Below, piece by piece: positions 8,130 to 17,703 of a stretch of DNA of 64,000 nt. Position numbers and translations under genes: made by a program. The stretch's first letter is position 1. Each line of letters begins with the position of its first letter. Below the pieces are notes generated by a model that was given only the letters and a program-made list of their open reading frames with translations, was not told where the DNA came from and did not search any database. The stretch covers positions 772-64,771 of the forward strand of contig CAWITU010000002.1 in NCBI GenBank assembly GCA_963839205.1. Reading direction: 5' to 3'. This DNA is from an uncultured bacterium (lineage in GTDB: Bacteria > Patescibacteriota > Minisyncoccia > Phycocordibacterales > CAWITU01).

Positions 8130-9161
8130 ATGTCAAGCGATATAAAAAAAGTGGAACAAAAAGAAGGAATTACCCCTGACGAGGTTTTTCTTGATCAGAC
8201 CCTTCGCCCTTCCAAATGGGACGACTACATTGGTCAAAAAAATATTAAAGAAAACTTAAGAATTCTTTTGGGTGCTGCTATGGAGCGCAATCACCCACCG
8301 GAACACGTATTATTTTATGGGCCCCCAGGTCTCGGCAAAACAACGCTCGCCCACCTCATCGCCAAAGAAATATCTGCTCAAATAAAAGTTACTTCAGGGC
8401 CTGCAATTGAAAAAGTTGGAGACCTCGCCTCAATTCTTACCAATCTTTCAAAAGGAGACATTCTTTTTATTGATGAAATTCATAGACTTAACAAAACTAT
8501 TGAGGAAGTCCTCTACCCTGCTATGGAATCGGGTCAGCTTGATATTATTATTGGCAAAGGTCCATCCGCTAGAACGATCCAACTTGAGTTACCTTCGTTT
8601 ACTTTGATTGCGGCGACGACGAGGATTTCGCTTTTGTCGTCGCCGCTTAGATCCCGTTTTTCCGGCGGCGTCTTCCGACTGGAATTCTATACACCAAACG
8701 AAATTAAAGAAATTGTTAAGCGCTCCTCAAAAATATTAGGTGTTGAGATTCCGGAAGACGCCGCCTCCCTAATCGCCTCGCGCAGTCGTTTTACACCAAG
8801 AACTGCCAACTATCTCCTCAAACGAGTTCGCGACTTTGTTCAAATGAAGAAAGTTCCTCTAACTAAAGAAGCGGCAGATGAGGCTTTAAAACTTTTAAGC
8901 GTTGATTCTCTTGGTCTAACCTCGTCAGACAGAATAATTCTTGAAACCCTAATTAAGAAATTTGGTGGAGGGCCTGTAGGACTTAACACCCTTGCTTCGT
9001 CTCTATCAGAAGAGGAATCGACAATTGAGGAGTTTAATGAGCCATATCTGCTTCAATTAGGTCTTATCGAAAGGACACCACGAGGAAGATTGGCAACTTC
9101 CCTTGCCTACAAACACTTAGGGATTGAATTGCCCGAGAATTTGCAAGGAAAACTTCTTTAA
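8130..9161 (+). CDS. ruvB: Holliday junction branch migration helicase RuvB
   Basis: 343 aa with [12 protein letters not shown], Walker [16 protein letters not shown], and [15 protein letters not shown]. Confidence 0.95.
   Translation: MSSDIKKVEQKEGITPDEVFLDQTLRPSKWDDYIGQKNIKENLRILLGAAMERNHPPEHVLFYGPPGLGKTTLAHLIAKEISAQIKVTSGPAIEKVGDLASILTNLSKGDILFIDEIHRLNKTIEEVLYPAMESGQLDIIIGKGPSARTIQLELPSFTLIAATTRISLLSSPLRSRFSGGVFRLEFYTPNEIKEIVKRSSKILGVEIPEDAASLIASRSRFTPRTANYLLKRVRDFVQMKKVPLTKEAADEALKLLSVDSLGLTSSDRIILETLIKKFGGGPVGLNTLASSLSEEESTIEEFNEPYLLQLGLIERTPRGRLATSLAYKHLGIELPENLQGKLL
8610..8646. repeat. intragenic hairpin, 11-bp perfect GC-rich stem, 15-nt loop (in ruvB)
   Basis: GCGGCGACGAC...GTCGTCGCCGC, encoding the conserved [12 protein letters not shown]. 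Confidence 0.85.
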
Positions 9162-9191
9162 TTTATCCTATGATTAATTAATTAACACATC

Positions 9192-9722
9192 ATGTCAGGA
9201 CATAATAAATTTTCAAAAATTAAACACCAAAAAGCAGCCACCGACGCCAAGAAGAGCAAGGTTTTTTCTAAGTATTCCAGACTAATCACCGCAGAATCAA
9301 AAAAGGTTAAAGGCGATATGACTTCGCCAACTCTGATTTTTATTATTGAAAAGGCTCGAAAAGAAAATATGCCAAAGGACGTAATAGAAAGAGCGGTAAA
9401 AAAAGGTACGGACATTAGTGTTGGTAGTATGGAAGCAATTACATATGAGGCTTACGGCCCAGGCGGTTCCGCTTTAATTATTGAGGCTTTAACTGACAAT
9501 CGAAACAAAGCGGCACAAGAGGTTAAACATATTTTGTCCAAAAATGGTGCGTCTATAGCAAACCCGGGCGCTGCTTCGTGGGCATTTGAAAAAGTTAATC
9601 GTGAATGGGCTCCAAAAACTACTCTAGATTTATCAGATGAAGATTTGGAAATTCTAACTGCCCTCGTTGACGAACTTGAAGATAACGACGAAGTTCAAGC
9701 GGTTTACACTAACGTTGAATAA
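9192..9722 (+). CDS. yebC: YebC/PmpR-family transcriptional regulator (short form)
   Basis: MSGHNKFSKIKHQKAATDAKKSKVFSKYSR N-terminus and EAYGPGGSALIIEALTDNRNK are characteristic of YebC. Confidence 0.85.
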   Translation: MSGHNKFSKIKHQKAATDAKKSKVFSKYSRLITAESKKVKGDMTSPTLIFIIEKARKENMPKDVIERAVKKGTDISVGSMEAITYEAYGPGGSALIIEALTDNRNKAAQEVKHILSKNGASIANPGAASWAFEKVNREWAPKTTLDLSDEDLEILTALVDELEDNDEVQAVYTNVE

Positions 9723-9728
9723 ACAAAA

Positions 9729-9757
9729 GGCCTTCGGCGCGACAATCGCCGAAGGCC
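9729..9757. terminator. 11-bp GC hairpin after yebC (the U-tract is only on the minus strand)
   Basis: GGCCTTCGGCG-cgacaat-CGCCGAAGGCC. The minus-strand reading is followed by TTTTGTTTA. Minus-strand ORF fragments (9654-9973) read through it. Confidence 0.5.
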
Positions 9758-10032
9758 CAACAAAATATTCACTAAGCGAAATGAACCACTCCTCAGGGAA
9801 TTCTTCCACCTTAATATTGAATTCAGATGCCACTTCCCTTTCCCATTTTGTTCCGATTGATGTTTCCCAATCTGGCAGAAACATGAAGGTTGAGAAGTAC
9901 CCAGTCGCAAAAATTCTTCATTTAACATCCGAGCCCTGATTCTATCTTCCACCAAAAGTTGTGTGTTTGTCATAAGATCAGCTACCTTTCTTTTTTTGAG
10001 ATACTACACAAACTCTTTGATATAATCAACAG

Positions 10033-10515
10033 ATGAAAATAATTGCAGTTGACCCCGGATACGAAAGAGTTGGAATTGCTATTCTTGAGAAAAATAAAAG
10101 TGGAGAAGTGGTTCTCTATTCAGACTGTTTCAAAACCAAGGCAAATTTACCTTTTGAAAAAAGGCTTTTAGAGATTGGTAGCGAAATAAAAAAATTAATT
10201 AAAGAATACAAACCAAACGCTCTTTCTATTGAAACTCTCTTTTTCAACAGTAACCAAAAGACAGTCATGAAAGTTTCTGAAGCTCGAGGTGCTATTTTAT
10301 ACGAAGCAGTCTCAAATGGTCTTAAAATAAAAGAATACACTCCCCTTCAAATTAAAGTGGCAGTTAGTGGTGATGGCCGAGCTGATAAAAAACAAATGAT
10401 TCGGATGGTTGATCTATTAATTAAGAAAACAAAAGAAATTAAATACGACGATGAATATGATGCAATAGCGGCAGGACTAACCTACTTTGCGTCCGAAAAG
10501 TACCTTTTAAAATAA
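10033..10515 (+). CDS. ruvC: crossover junction endodeoxyribonuclease RuvC
   Basis: 160 aa. MKIIAVDPGYERVGIAILE (catalytic Asp), SIETLFFN, and DDEYDAIAAGL at the C-terminus. Confidence 0.9.
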   Translation: MKIIAVDPGYERVGIAILEKNKSGEVVLYSDCFKTKANLPFEKRLLEIGSEIKKLIKEYKPNALSIETLFFNSNQKTVMKVSEARGAILYEAVSNGLKIKEYTPLQIKVAVSGDGRADKKQMIRMVDLLIKKTKEIKYDDEYDAIAAGLTYFASEKYLLK

Positions 10516-10601
10516 GGATATCCACAACTTTAGACTTTCTCGCTTGCACTCTATACAGAATCTGATACAACTATGACATTAGTAGTTAAATGTTTTTATT
10601 T

Positions 10602-10763
10602 ATGGATATTGATGACCCAATGTTAGATCCTCTAGAAGAGGAAAAAGACCCAGAAACCGCAACCGGAGACGGTTTAGGTGATGATGATGACGAAGAGGAG
10701 GGTGCCAAAGGCGTCGCCTCAGTTTGGGATGTTGGAGACGATATGGTTGAGGGTGTTATATAA
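10602..10763 (+). CDS. possible small highly acidic protein (53 aa)
   Basis: ATG at 10602, TAA at 10761-10763: MDIDDPMLDPLEEEKDPETATGDGLGDDDDEEEGAKGVASVWDVGDDMVEGVI. It is below the ORF-track cutoff and its 3' end overlaps the convergent tyrS stop by 8 nt. Confidence 0.3.
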   Translation: MDIDDPMLDPLEEEKDPETATGDGLGDDDDEEEGAKGVASVWDVGDDMVEGVI

Positions 10764-11943
10764 CCCTAATCTTGAGAAATCGTTTCTTACCGACTCTTAA
10801 ATTTAAATCTGACACAACCGAGAAATTCCTATCAAGGATTTTCTCGGTTGTTTCTATATTTTCTATTGCCCCTTCTTTAATGAGGCGAGCAAAGTCTGAT
10901 TTTGATGCAGTAACAGAATTTTCAAGAAGAACATCTGAGAGCATCATTCCTTTTTTAACTTGAACTTCTTCGGCGGTATCTGGAATACCGCCTTTCTTAA
11001 AGGCGGCTTCAAATTGGGAAGCCGCCTCTTCTGCTTTCTCTTTGTTGTGGTAAATAGAAACGATTTCAAGAGCTAATCTTTCTTTAATTTTCTTTGGATT
11101 CTCCCCTTTTTTAATTTCTTCTTCAATCTTTTTAATTTCTTCAATTGAAATATCTGTGCAAAGCAAAAAATACTTAATAATTAATTCATCTTTTATTGAA
11201 AGTACTTTTCCAAACATATCTAACGGCTCATCATCAATATTAATAACATTCCCCCAACTTGTAGACATTTTTCTACCATCAGTTCCTTCGAGCATTGAGG
11301 TGACTAAGATATCCTGCTCGTCCATTCCATAAAACTTCTGAATTGTTCTCCCAGCCTTCACGTTAAAGAGCTGATCAAAGCCCCCAATTTCAACATCGGC
11401 CTTAACAGCCACAGAATCATACCCCTGCATAAGTGGATACATAAATTCTAGAAGAGAAACCTCTTCTCCATTTTCAAGACGTGTTTTAAAATTTCTTCTA
11501 CTAGACATCTGCAAAACCGAGAAACTGTCGGCTAGTTCGGTTACCTCTTTTAACGTTAATTTTGAAAGCCAAACACTATTGTAAACAATTTCCGCTTTTG
11601 AAATATCAATAATCTTACCGAGATGCTTTTCATAATCTTTTAAATTTTTCTCAATATCCTCTACAGAAAGGGTTGGGCGTTTTTCTAATTTATCAGAGGC
11701 ATCTCCAATCTGGGCAGTGAAGTCTCCAACTATTAAAACAATGTGGTGTCCTAAATCTTGAAATTGTCTTAATTTTTTTAGAGGAATTGCTCTTCCAATA
11801 TGAATTTTTGGTCCTGTTGGGTCAATGCCGAATTTAATTCGGAGTTTTTTCCCACTCAAAAGTTTTTCTTCTAGTGTTTTTTTAACTATTATTTCTTCTA
11901 CACCACGATTCAGGAGTTCAGAGATTTTTTCCTTCATCCACAT
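10756..11943 (-). CDS. tyrS: tyrosine--tRNA ligase
   Basis: 395 aa class I aaRS. HIGRAI (HIGH-like), KMSTS (KMSKS), and a C-terminal S4-like domain (SKSDFARLIKEGAI). Confidence 0.9.
   Translation of the reverse strand: MWMKEKISELLNRGVEEIIVKKTLEEKLLSGKKLRIKFGIDPTGPKIHIGRAIPLKKLRQFQDLGHHIVLIVGDFTAQIGDASDKLEKRPTLSVEDIEKNLKDYEKHLGKIIDISKAEIVYNSVWLSKLTLKEVTELADSFSVLQMSSRRNFKTRLENGEEVSLLEFMYPLMQGYDSVAVKADVEIGGFDQLFNVKAGRTIQKFYGMDEQDILVTSMLEGTDGRKMSTSWGNVINIDDEPLDMFGKVLSIKDELIIKYFLLCTDISIEEIKKIEEEIKKGENPKKIKERLALEIVSIYHNKEKAEEAASQFEAAFKKGGIPDTAEEVQVKKGMMLSDVLLENSVTASKSDFARLIKEGAIENIETTEKILDRNFSVVSDLNLRVGKKRFLKIRVI
10988..11026. repeat. two overlapping intragenic hairpins sharing a GGCGG core (in tyrS)
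   Basis: CCGCCTTT-ctt-AAAGGCGG (10988-11006) and GGCGGCTTC-aaattgg-GAAGCCGCC (11002-11026). These pairings are mutually exclusive. Confidence 0.8.
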
Positions 11944-11974
11944 ACTTTACCACAACTATGATAAAATGTATTAA

Positions 11975-14188
11975 ATGAAAAAAGCCGTTATATTTCTAGA
12001 CAATTTGTCAATAAAAATCGTAAAAGAGGTGTCACGCTTCTTTAGACGATTAAAACATAAAAGCTTTAGAAATCAGGTTATAAAAGAAACTGCCTGGGTT
12101 CTTTTGGCTCTGTTCTTCTTTTTGGCTGGATTTATTACAATCTGGGCGGTAAATCTAAAAATCCCTGATCTCCAGTCTTTTGACGAGACTCAGACTGTTG
12201 GTCAATCAACCAAAATATATGACTCAACTGGCCAAGTACTTCTATATAATTTAAATCAGGACACCAAACGAACAGTTGTTCCGTTTGAACAAATTTCTCC
12301 GAATGTTAAAGAGGCCACTATAGCTATTGAGGATAGAAATTTCTATCAAAATCCAGGAATAGATATTATGGCGATAGTGAGATCAATGTTTACAGACATC
12401 ACAACCCTACATTTTAGTGAGGGGGGATCAACCATTACACAGCAAGTTGTAAAAAATCTTCTCCTGACCCAAGACAAAACAATTACTAGAAAATTAAAAG
12501 AAGTTGTTTTGTCTCTCAAACTTGGGCAAGAACTTAGTAAAGACCAGATTCTTAATATGTACTTAAATAGTGCACCTTATGGTGGAAATATTTATGGAGT
12601 TGAAGAAGCTAGTGAAGAATATTTTGGTATTTCAGCAAATAATTTAGATATCGCCCAAGCTGCCTATCTTGCCGCTCTACCTAATGCCCCAACCTACTAT
12701 TCCCCGTATGGAGCCCATGTGAGTGACCTACAAACTAGAAAAAATTTGGTTCTACAAGCAATGCTCCAAACTAATTACATTACTCAAGATCAATACAATA
12801 GCGCTGTTGCTGAACAGGTTACTTTTTTACCTCAAGTTACAAATAGCATAAAGGCTCCCCATTTTGTAATGTACATCAAACAATATCTTGAGGAAAAATA
12901 TGGTGACGATGTTATTAATAAAGGTTTGAAAGTTATTACCACTCTTGATTACCCTCTTCAAGAAGAAATTGAAAGTGTTGCAAAACCGTACGCTCTCCAA
13001 AACGAAAAAGAATTCAACGCCAGCAACATCGCCGCGGTCGCCATTGACCCCACAAACGGCCAGATTCGAGCCATGGTAGGTTCTCGCGATTTTTTTGACA
13101 CATCTATTGATGGAGAGTTCAATGTCGCGACCGCTTACCGCCAACCAGGTTCTTCATTTAAACCAATCGTTTATTCAGAAGCTTTTATAAAAGGTTACAC
13201 TCCAGACACTGTTGTTTTTGACCTTCCAACCCAATTCTCAACAACTTGTTCCCCAAATGGAACAATCCTTGTTCCTGGCGGAAGCTGTTACGCCCCACAA
13301 AATGATGATGGCACCTTCGCTGGCCCTATTACTTTTAGAGACGCTTTGGCTCAATCAAGAAACGTCCCAGCTATTCAAGTTCTTTATTTGGCCGGTATTC
13401 AAGATTCACTTAATTTGGCTAAAAGCATGGGTATTACGAGTTTAAGTACTGCTGATCATTATGGACTCACCCTAGTTCTTGGAGGTGGTGAAGTTTCGCT
13501 TCTCCAATTGACCAATGCCTATGGGACTTTCGCTACTGGTGGTTACACAAATCCAACTAGCGGTATTCTTGAGGTAACCGATAACCAAGGAAATATTCTT
13601 GAACAGTTCGCAACTTCAACTGACCAAGTAATTCCAGCGCAGGTGGCATATCAAATTTCTGACATATTGTCTGACAACGTTGCTCGAACGCCGGCTTTCG
13701 GTGCAAATTCTCCACTTTATTTTCCTGAAAGAGATGTAGCTGTTAAAACAGGTACCACGAACGATTACCGTGACGCATGGGTCATTGGATACACTCCGCA
13801 TATTGTTATCGGCGCATGGGCAGGTAACAACGATAACACCCCTATGGCCAAACAGATCTCCCGATATTTAATTGTTCCGTTCTGGAATCAAATAATGAGT
13901 TTCGAATTGCCTAGAGTTCCAGTTGAAACATTTCCAAAACCTCTTCCAATAGATCCTAATACCAAATCAGAATTAAAGGGTCTTTGGGAAGGCTATGACG
14001 TGAATGGAAATCCGAATGTTCACTCAATTTTGTATTGGGTTGATAAGAGTGACCCAACAGGACTACCACCAGCAAACCCAGCTGACGACCCACAATTTAA
14101 TTTATGGGAGTATCCTATTAGACTCTGGCTTCAAACTCACACCGTCCCTTCTGTTAACTTACCTAACACTTCTTCAACCCCCATCTAA
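11975..14188 (+). CDS. class A penicillin-binding protein (glycosyltransferase + transpeptidase)
   Basis: 737 aa. N-terminal TM helix, GT51 motifs EDRNFYQNPGID and GGSTITQQ, and transpeptidase motifs SSFKP, SRN, KTGTT. Confidence 0.9.
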   Translation: MKKAVIFLDNLSIKIVKEVSRFFRRLKHKSFRNQVIKETAWVLLALFFFLAGFITIWAVNLKIPDLQSFDETQTVGQSTKIYDSTGQVLLYNLNQDTKRTVVPFEQISPNVKEATIAIEDRNFYQNPGIDIMAIVRSMFTDITTLHFSEGGSTITQQVVKNLLLTQDKTITRKLKEVVLSLKLGQELSKDQILNMYLNSAPYGGNIYGVEEASEEYFGISANNLDIAQAAYLAALPNAPTYYSPYGAHVSDLQTRKNLVLQAMLQTNYITQDQYNSAVAEQVTFLPQVTNSIKAPHFVMYIKQYLEEKYGDDVINKGLKVITTLDYPLQEEIESVAKPYALQNEKEFNASNIAAVAIDPTNGQIRAMVGSRDFFDTSIDGEFNVATAYRQPGSSFKPIVYSEAFIKGYTPDTVVFDLPTQFSTTCSPNGTILVPGGSCYAPQNDDGTFAGPITFRDALAQSRNVPAIQVLYLAGIQDSLNLAKSMGITSLSTADHYGLTLVLGGGEVSLLQLTNAYGTFATGGYTNPTSGILEVTDNQGNILEQFATSTDQVIPAQVAYQISDILSDNVARTPAFGANSPLYFPERDVAVKTGTTNDYRDAWVIGYTPHIVIGAWAGNNDNTPMAKQISRYLIVPFWNQIMSFELPRVPVETFPKPLPIDPNTKSELKGLWEGYDVNGNPNVHSILYWVDKSDPTGLPPANPADDPQFNLWEYPIRLWLQTHTVPSVNLPNTSSTPI

Positions 14189-14190
14189 CC

Positions 14191-14445
14191 TTAGAGGATA
14201 TCTTCTACCACCAAATCTTTTATCTGATCTTTAATTTTATCTAAAATAACGTCCTTTCTAAAGAGGACTTCGTTTTTTTCAATCGGAACTATCACTAATA
14301 TTATCTTTCTATTCCTCACTGCAACCGCTTCTGGTTCTAAAATAATTCCAGTAGTTTCCTCAATAATTTTAGAAATAGTTCTTAAATTATCTTTTGGATT
14401 TTTAAATTTTTTAAATTTCTCTAAGAGATCTCCAATTTTTCTCAT
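14191..14445 (-). CDS. small conserved protein downstream of dnaN (DUF721/DciA-like, tentative)
   Basis: 84-aa ORF starting 2 nt after the dnaN stop. The position and beta-alpha pattern (VAVRNRKIILVIVPIEKNEVLF) resemble DUF721 proteins. Assignment is by context. Confidence 0.45.
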   Translation of the reverse strand: MRKIGDLLEKFKKFKNPKDNLRTISKIIEETTGIILEPEAVAVRNRKIILVIVPIEKNEVLFRKDVILDKIKDQIKDLVVEDIL

Positions 14446-14446
14446 C

Positions 14447-15550
14447 TTATTTATTCATCGGCATCACGATATACGAAAAGGTGTTGTCTGAAACCCCGCG
14501 AATTAGAAGTGGTTTGTTTAAGCCGTTAAATGAAAGTGAGAGGCTGTCAGAGTTAATTGATTGAAAAACATCAGCGATATTTTTGTAGTTGAAATTAATA
14601 TCAACATCTTCACCAGTTAAACTTCCTGGTACTAGGTTTGAACTTTCACCGACATCGGCGTTTTTGGTCTTAATTTCAAAACTCTTTTCTTTTGGATGAA
14701 CTTGAATAGTGATTTTATTAAATTTGTCAGCAAATACATTAGCAATTTTTAAAGTATCAATAAAATCTTGCTTTAAAATAATGGCTTCAGTTTCAGCCCC
14801 TTTTGGTATAAGTGGTTTGTAATCTGGGAAAACCCCATCAATAACCCTTGAAGTTATATAAGTATTTTTAAATGCAAAAGCGATTTGGTTTTTATCAATT
14901 AAAACATTAACCTCATCCCCTATCGCCCCCTCAATAACTCTAACAATCTCAACAGCGTTCTTTGAAGGAATTAAAATAGGTTGAAAATCCAGACTTTCTT
15001 TTGTTTTTACTTTTTTCTCTGCTAGTCTGAATGCATCGGTAGCAACAAAGACTAAATTATTTTCGGCTGAATAAACATAAATACTGGACAATTCTGGTTT
15101 CAGACTAGAGATTGAGGCACTGTACCAAACTGATTTAAAACCACTTGCCAAATCTGTCGCTGGAAGAGTTATTGGGGTAGGAGAATCTGTTTTAGGAATA
15201 AGAGGAAAATCTTGGTGAGGTAGACACTTAATCAAAGTGCTATGACTCTTTGTTGAGACGTTTATGTTTCCTGAAACTTCTTGAAGAGTAATATTTCCAT
15301 CACCTTTCATGTTTGAAATAAAACCATTTAGAAAAGAGGCTGGGACCGCCAAAACCCCCTCCTTTTCAACCTTAGCCACAATACTGATTTCAATCCCCAC
15401 ATCAAGGTTTGTTGCTCTAATTACCAGAGCTCCTTTTTTTGCTTCTAAGTACAAACATTTTAGAATTGGGGTGTTGTTATTTTTTGAAGCAATTTTCTCT
15501 GCATAACTCACAGCTTTTCCTATTTCTTCTTTTCTACATTCGAGTTTCAT
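14447..15550 (-). CDS. dnaN: DNA polymerase III beta sliding clamp
   Basis: 367 aa immediately downstream of dnaA. Three-domain length, with typical PILKCLYLEA and a MPMNK C-terminus. Confidence 0.9.
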   Translation of the reverse strand: MKLECRKEEIGKAVSYAEKIASKNNNTPILKCLYLEAKKGALVIRATNLDVGIEISIVAKVEKEGVLAVPASFLNGFISNMKGDGNITLQEVSGNINVSTKSHSTLIKCLPHQDFPLIPKTDSPTPITLPATDLASGFKSVWYSASISSLKPELSSIYVYSAENNLVFVATDAFRLAEKKVKTKESLDFQPILIPSKNAVEIVRVIEGAIGDEVNVLIDKNQIAFAFKNTYITSRVIDGVFPDYKPLIPKGAETEAIILKQDFIDTLKIANVFADKFNKITIQVHPKEKSFEIKTKNADVGESSNLVPGSLTGEDVDINFNYKNIADVFQSINSDSLSLSFNGLNKPLLIRGVSDNTFSYIVMPMNK

Positions 15551-15756
15551 ATTTGTGTGTATCTTCTTATATATAAAATTATTATTACTATTATGGTTGT
15601 GGATATGTGGAAATCTTTTTCTGTGAACTTATATATAGGTGTCTCAAGAAGTTATTTTTTTGACTATGTTGGTAATTTCCTCACTTACATCCCACACATT
15701 TTTATTTATTTTATTTCTCTACATTCTATCAACACCACACACACCAATTATCCACA
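15551..15756. other. candidate oriC (dnaA-dnaN intergenic) with DnaA boxes and an AT-rich unwinding region
   Basis: Perfect box TTATCCACA at 15748-15756, TGTGGATAT at 15598-15606, TGTGGAAAT at 15606-15614, and an AT-only stretch at 15565-15595. A further box, TGTGGATAG, lies at 17179-17187 in the dnaA-rpmH spacer. Confidence 0.6.
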
Positions 15757-17109
15757 TCATATCAATGCCCTAATTTGATTAAGTTCTTGAAGTAATCTTC
15801 CATTAACCTTTAATTCATTTCTTATTTTTTCACAAGAATGAATAACCGTTGTGTGGTCACGGTCCCCCAACTTATGACCAATTGAAGGGTAAGAAACATT
15901 AAAATCTTCTCGAAGAATATACATAGCAAGCTGTCTTGGCTTCACAACTTCTTTACGTCTACTCTTATCATAGATAATTCCCTCTTCAAGGTTATAAAAA
16001 TTAGCGACAATTTTAACTAAGTTTTCAACCGAAATATTCTTTACTGGCTTTGCAGCATTCTTCATCATATTTTTAATATCTGTAATGTCCACTACTCGAC
16101 CACGTAATTGGACTTGGCACATTATTGAGTTAAGAATCCCCTCTAATTCTCTTATATTGCCATCTATGGAGGACGCTAAGTAATCTATGACCTGATTCTC
16201 CAATTCTAGATTATTAAGTCTGGCTTTTGATTTTAGGATAGCTATGCGTGATTCTAGATCTGGTTTAGGAATATCAACAATCATACCGGCCACAAATCTT
16301 GATTTGAGTCTTTCCTCAAGTCCGGGAATATAATTTGGGTGTTTGTCTGAAGAAAAGATGATTTGTTTATTGTTTTCATATAAAACATTAAAAAGATGAA
16401 ACAATTCTTCCTGAGTTTTTTCTGTATTTGATAAAAATTGGATATCGTCCATGATTAACACATCATACTTTCGGTATTTCTCTTTAAAATTATTAGTTTT
16501 GGTCATGCCCATGTTAACTGCGTTGATGTAATCTTGGGTAAATCTCTCACAGGTAACATAAAATACCCTCTTTTCCCTATTATTAGCTTTAATATGATTA
16601 CCAACTGCTTGAATTAAATGAGTTTTGCCTCGGCCAGTGTCCCCATAAATAAAAAGTGGATTGTAAACTACAGGTTTCTTGATAATTGCTTGGGACGCGG
16701 CGTAAGCCAACTCATTGAAAGGACCAACAACAAAATTTTCAAAGGTATATCGTGGGTTTAGGTTGTCTTCTTTATTGATGAGGTCTCCTAGAGGTAACTC
16801 TTTGTTCAACTGTTCCAATGGTTTTGATAGTGGTGTTGGAATTTTCTTTCTATCACCATCATCAGTCTTAGCAATGATGTAATCAACAGATCTAACACCT
16901 TCAGAAAGGGTGCGAAGTGATTTTAAAATGAATTTATGATACTTTTCCCTAACCCAATCTCTAACAAAAGGGTTTGGGACTGAGATAACAACCATTCCCT
17001 CATCATTCTTAACCAATGCAGTTTCACTAAACCACATATTTAGGGCAGTCTTTGAAAAATTAATTTCAACTTCCAGTAAGACATTATCCCAAAGAGTTTT
17101 ACTATCCAT
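15757..17109 (-). CDS. dnaA: chromosomal replication initiator DnaA
   Basis: 450 aa. Walker A GDTGRGKTHL, box VII, and the C-terminal DNA-binding helix GDRDHTTVIHSCEKI. Confidence 0.95.
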   Translation of the reverse strand: MDSKTLWDNVLLEVEINFSKTALNMWFSETALVKNDEGMVVISVPNPFVRDWVREKYHKFILKSLRTLSEGVRSVDYIIAKTDDGDRKKIPTPLSKPLEQLNKELPLGDLINKEDNLNPRYTFENFVVGPFNELAYAASQAIIKKPVVYNPLFIYGDTGRGKTHLIQAVGNHIKANNREKRVFYVTCERFTQDYINAVNMGMTKTNNFKEKYRKYDVLIMDDIQFLSNTEKTQEELFHLFNVLYENNKQIIFSSDKHPNYIPGLEERLKSRFVAGMIVDIPKPDLESRIAILKSKARLNNLELENQVIDYLASSIDGNIRELEGILNSIMCQVQLRGRVVDITDIKNMMKNAAKPVKNISVENLVKIVANFYNLEEGIIYDKSRRKEVVKPRQLAMYILREDFNVSYPSIGHKLGDRDHTTVIHSCEKIRNELKVNGRLLQELNQIRALI

Positions 17110-17231
17110 GATGAGGGTATTATATACTCGCTTTGTTTTTGTAAAACTTGCGCAAAGTTTACAACTATGTTGATAAGTTGTGGATAGTTATTAACGTTGG
17201 CACTTATTATTGTTTGTGTTATAGTCTTCCC

Positions 17232-17366
17232 ATGTCATTCACATATAAACCAAAAAAACGAAAGAGAAGCAGAAGTCACGGTTTTCTCAAAAGACAGAAT
17301 ACTCCAGGTGGTAAGAAGACCATCGTCAGAAGAATGAGAAAAGGTAGAAAGAAACTCACTGTTTAA
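17232..17366 (+). CDS. rpmH: 50S ribosomal protein L34
   Basis: [44 protein letters not shown] (44 aa). The ORF-track entry 17148-17366 has a spurious N-terminal extension. Confidence 0.9.
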   Translation: MSFTYKPKKRKRSRSHGFLKRQNTPGGKKTIVRRMRKGRKKLTV

Positions 17367-17367
17367 G

Positions 17368-17703
17368 ATGATTCCAACTAAAAATAGGATAGGTAAAACT
17401 AACTTTGATAAAATAATGCAAAGTAGTAAAGTTGTGTCCTCTCCCCACTTCTCTCTTCGAGTATCCAGAACTGACATTTCAAGAGAACCACTTGTAGCGG
17501 TGGTTGTTTCAAAAAAAATATCTAACAAAGCTGTGACTCGAAATTTTATAAAAAGAAGAGTCAGGTCAATTTTGGAAGAAATTCTTGATATACTTAACCC
17601 TCAAGTAAGGTTAATTATTTTTCCAAAAAAAGGGGCTGATATAATTTTGTTCGCTTCTTTTAAAAAAGAGTTACTTGATCTAATAAAACCATGTATTTCC
17701 TAA
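17368..17703 (+). CDS. rnpA: ribonuclease P protein component
   Basis: 111 aa directly after rpmH, with the RNR-like basic motif SKKISNKAVTRNFIKRRVR. Confidence 0.85.
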   Translation: MIPTKNRIGKTNFDKIMQSSKVVSSPHFSLRVSRTDISREPLVAVVVSKKISNKAVTRNFIKRRVRSILEEILDILNPQVRLIIFPKKGADIILFASFKKELLDLIKPCIS

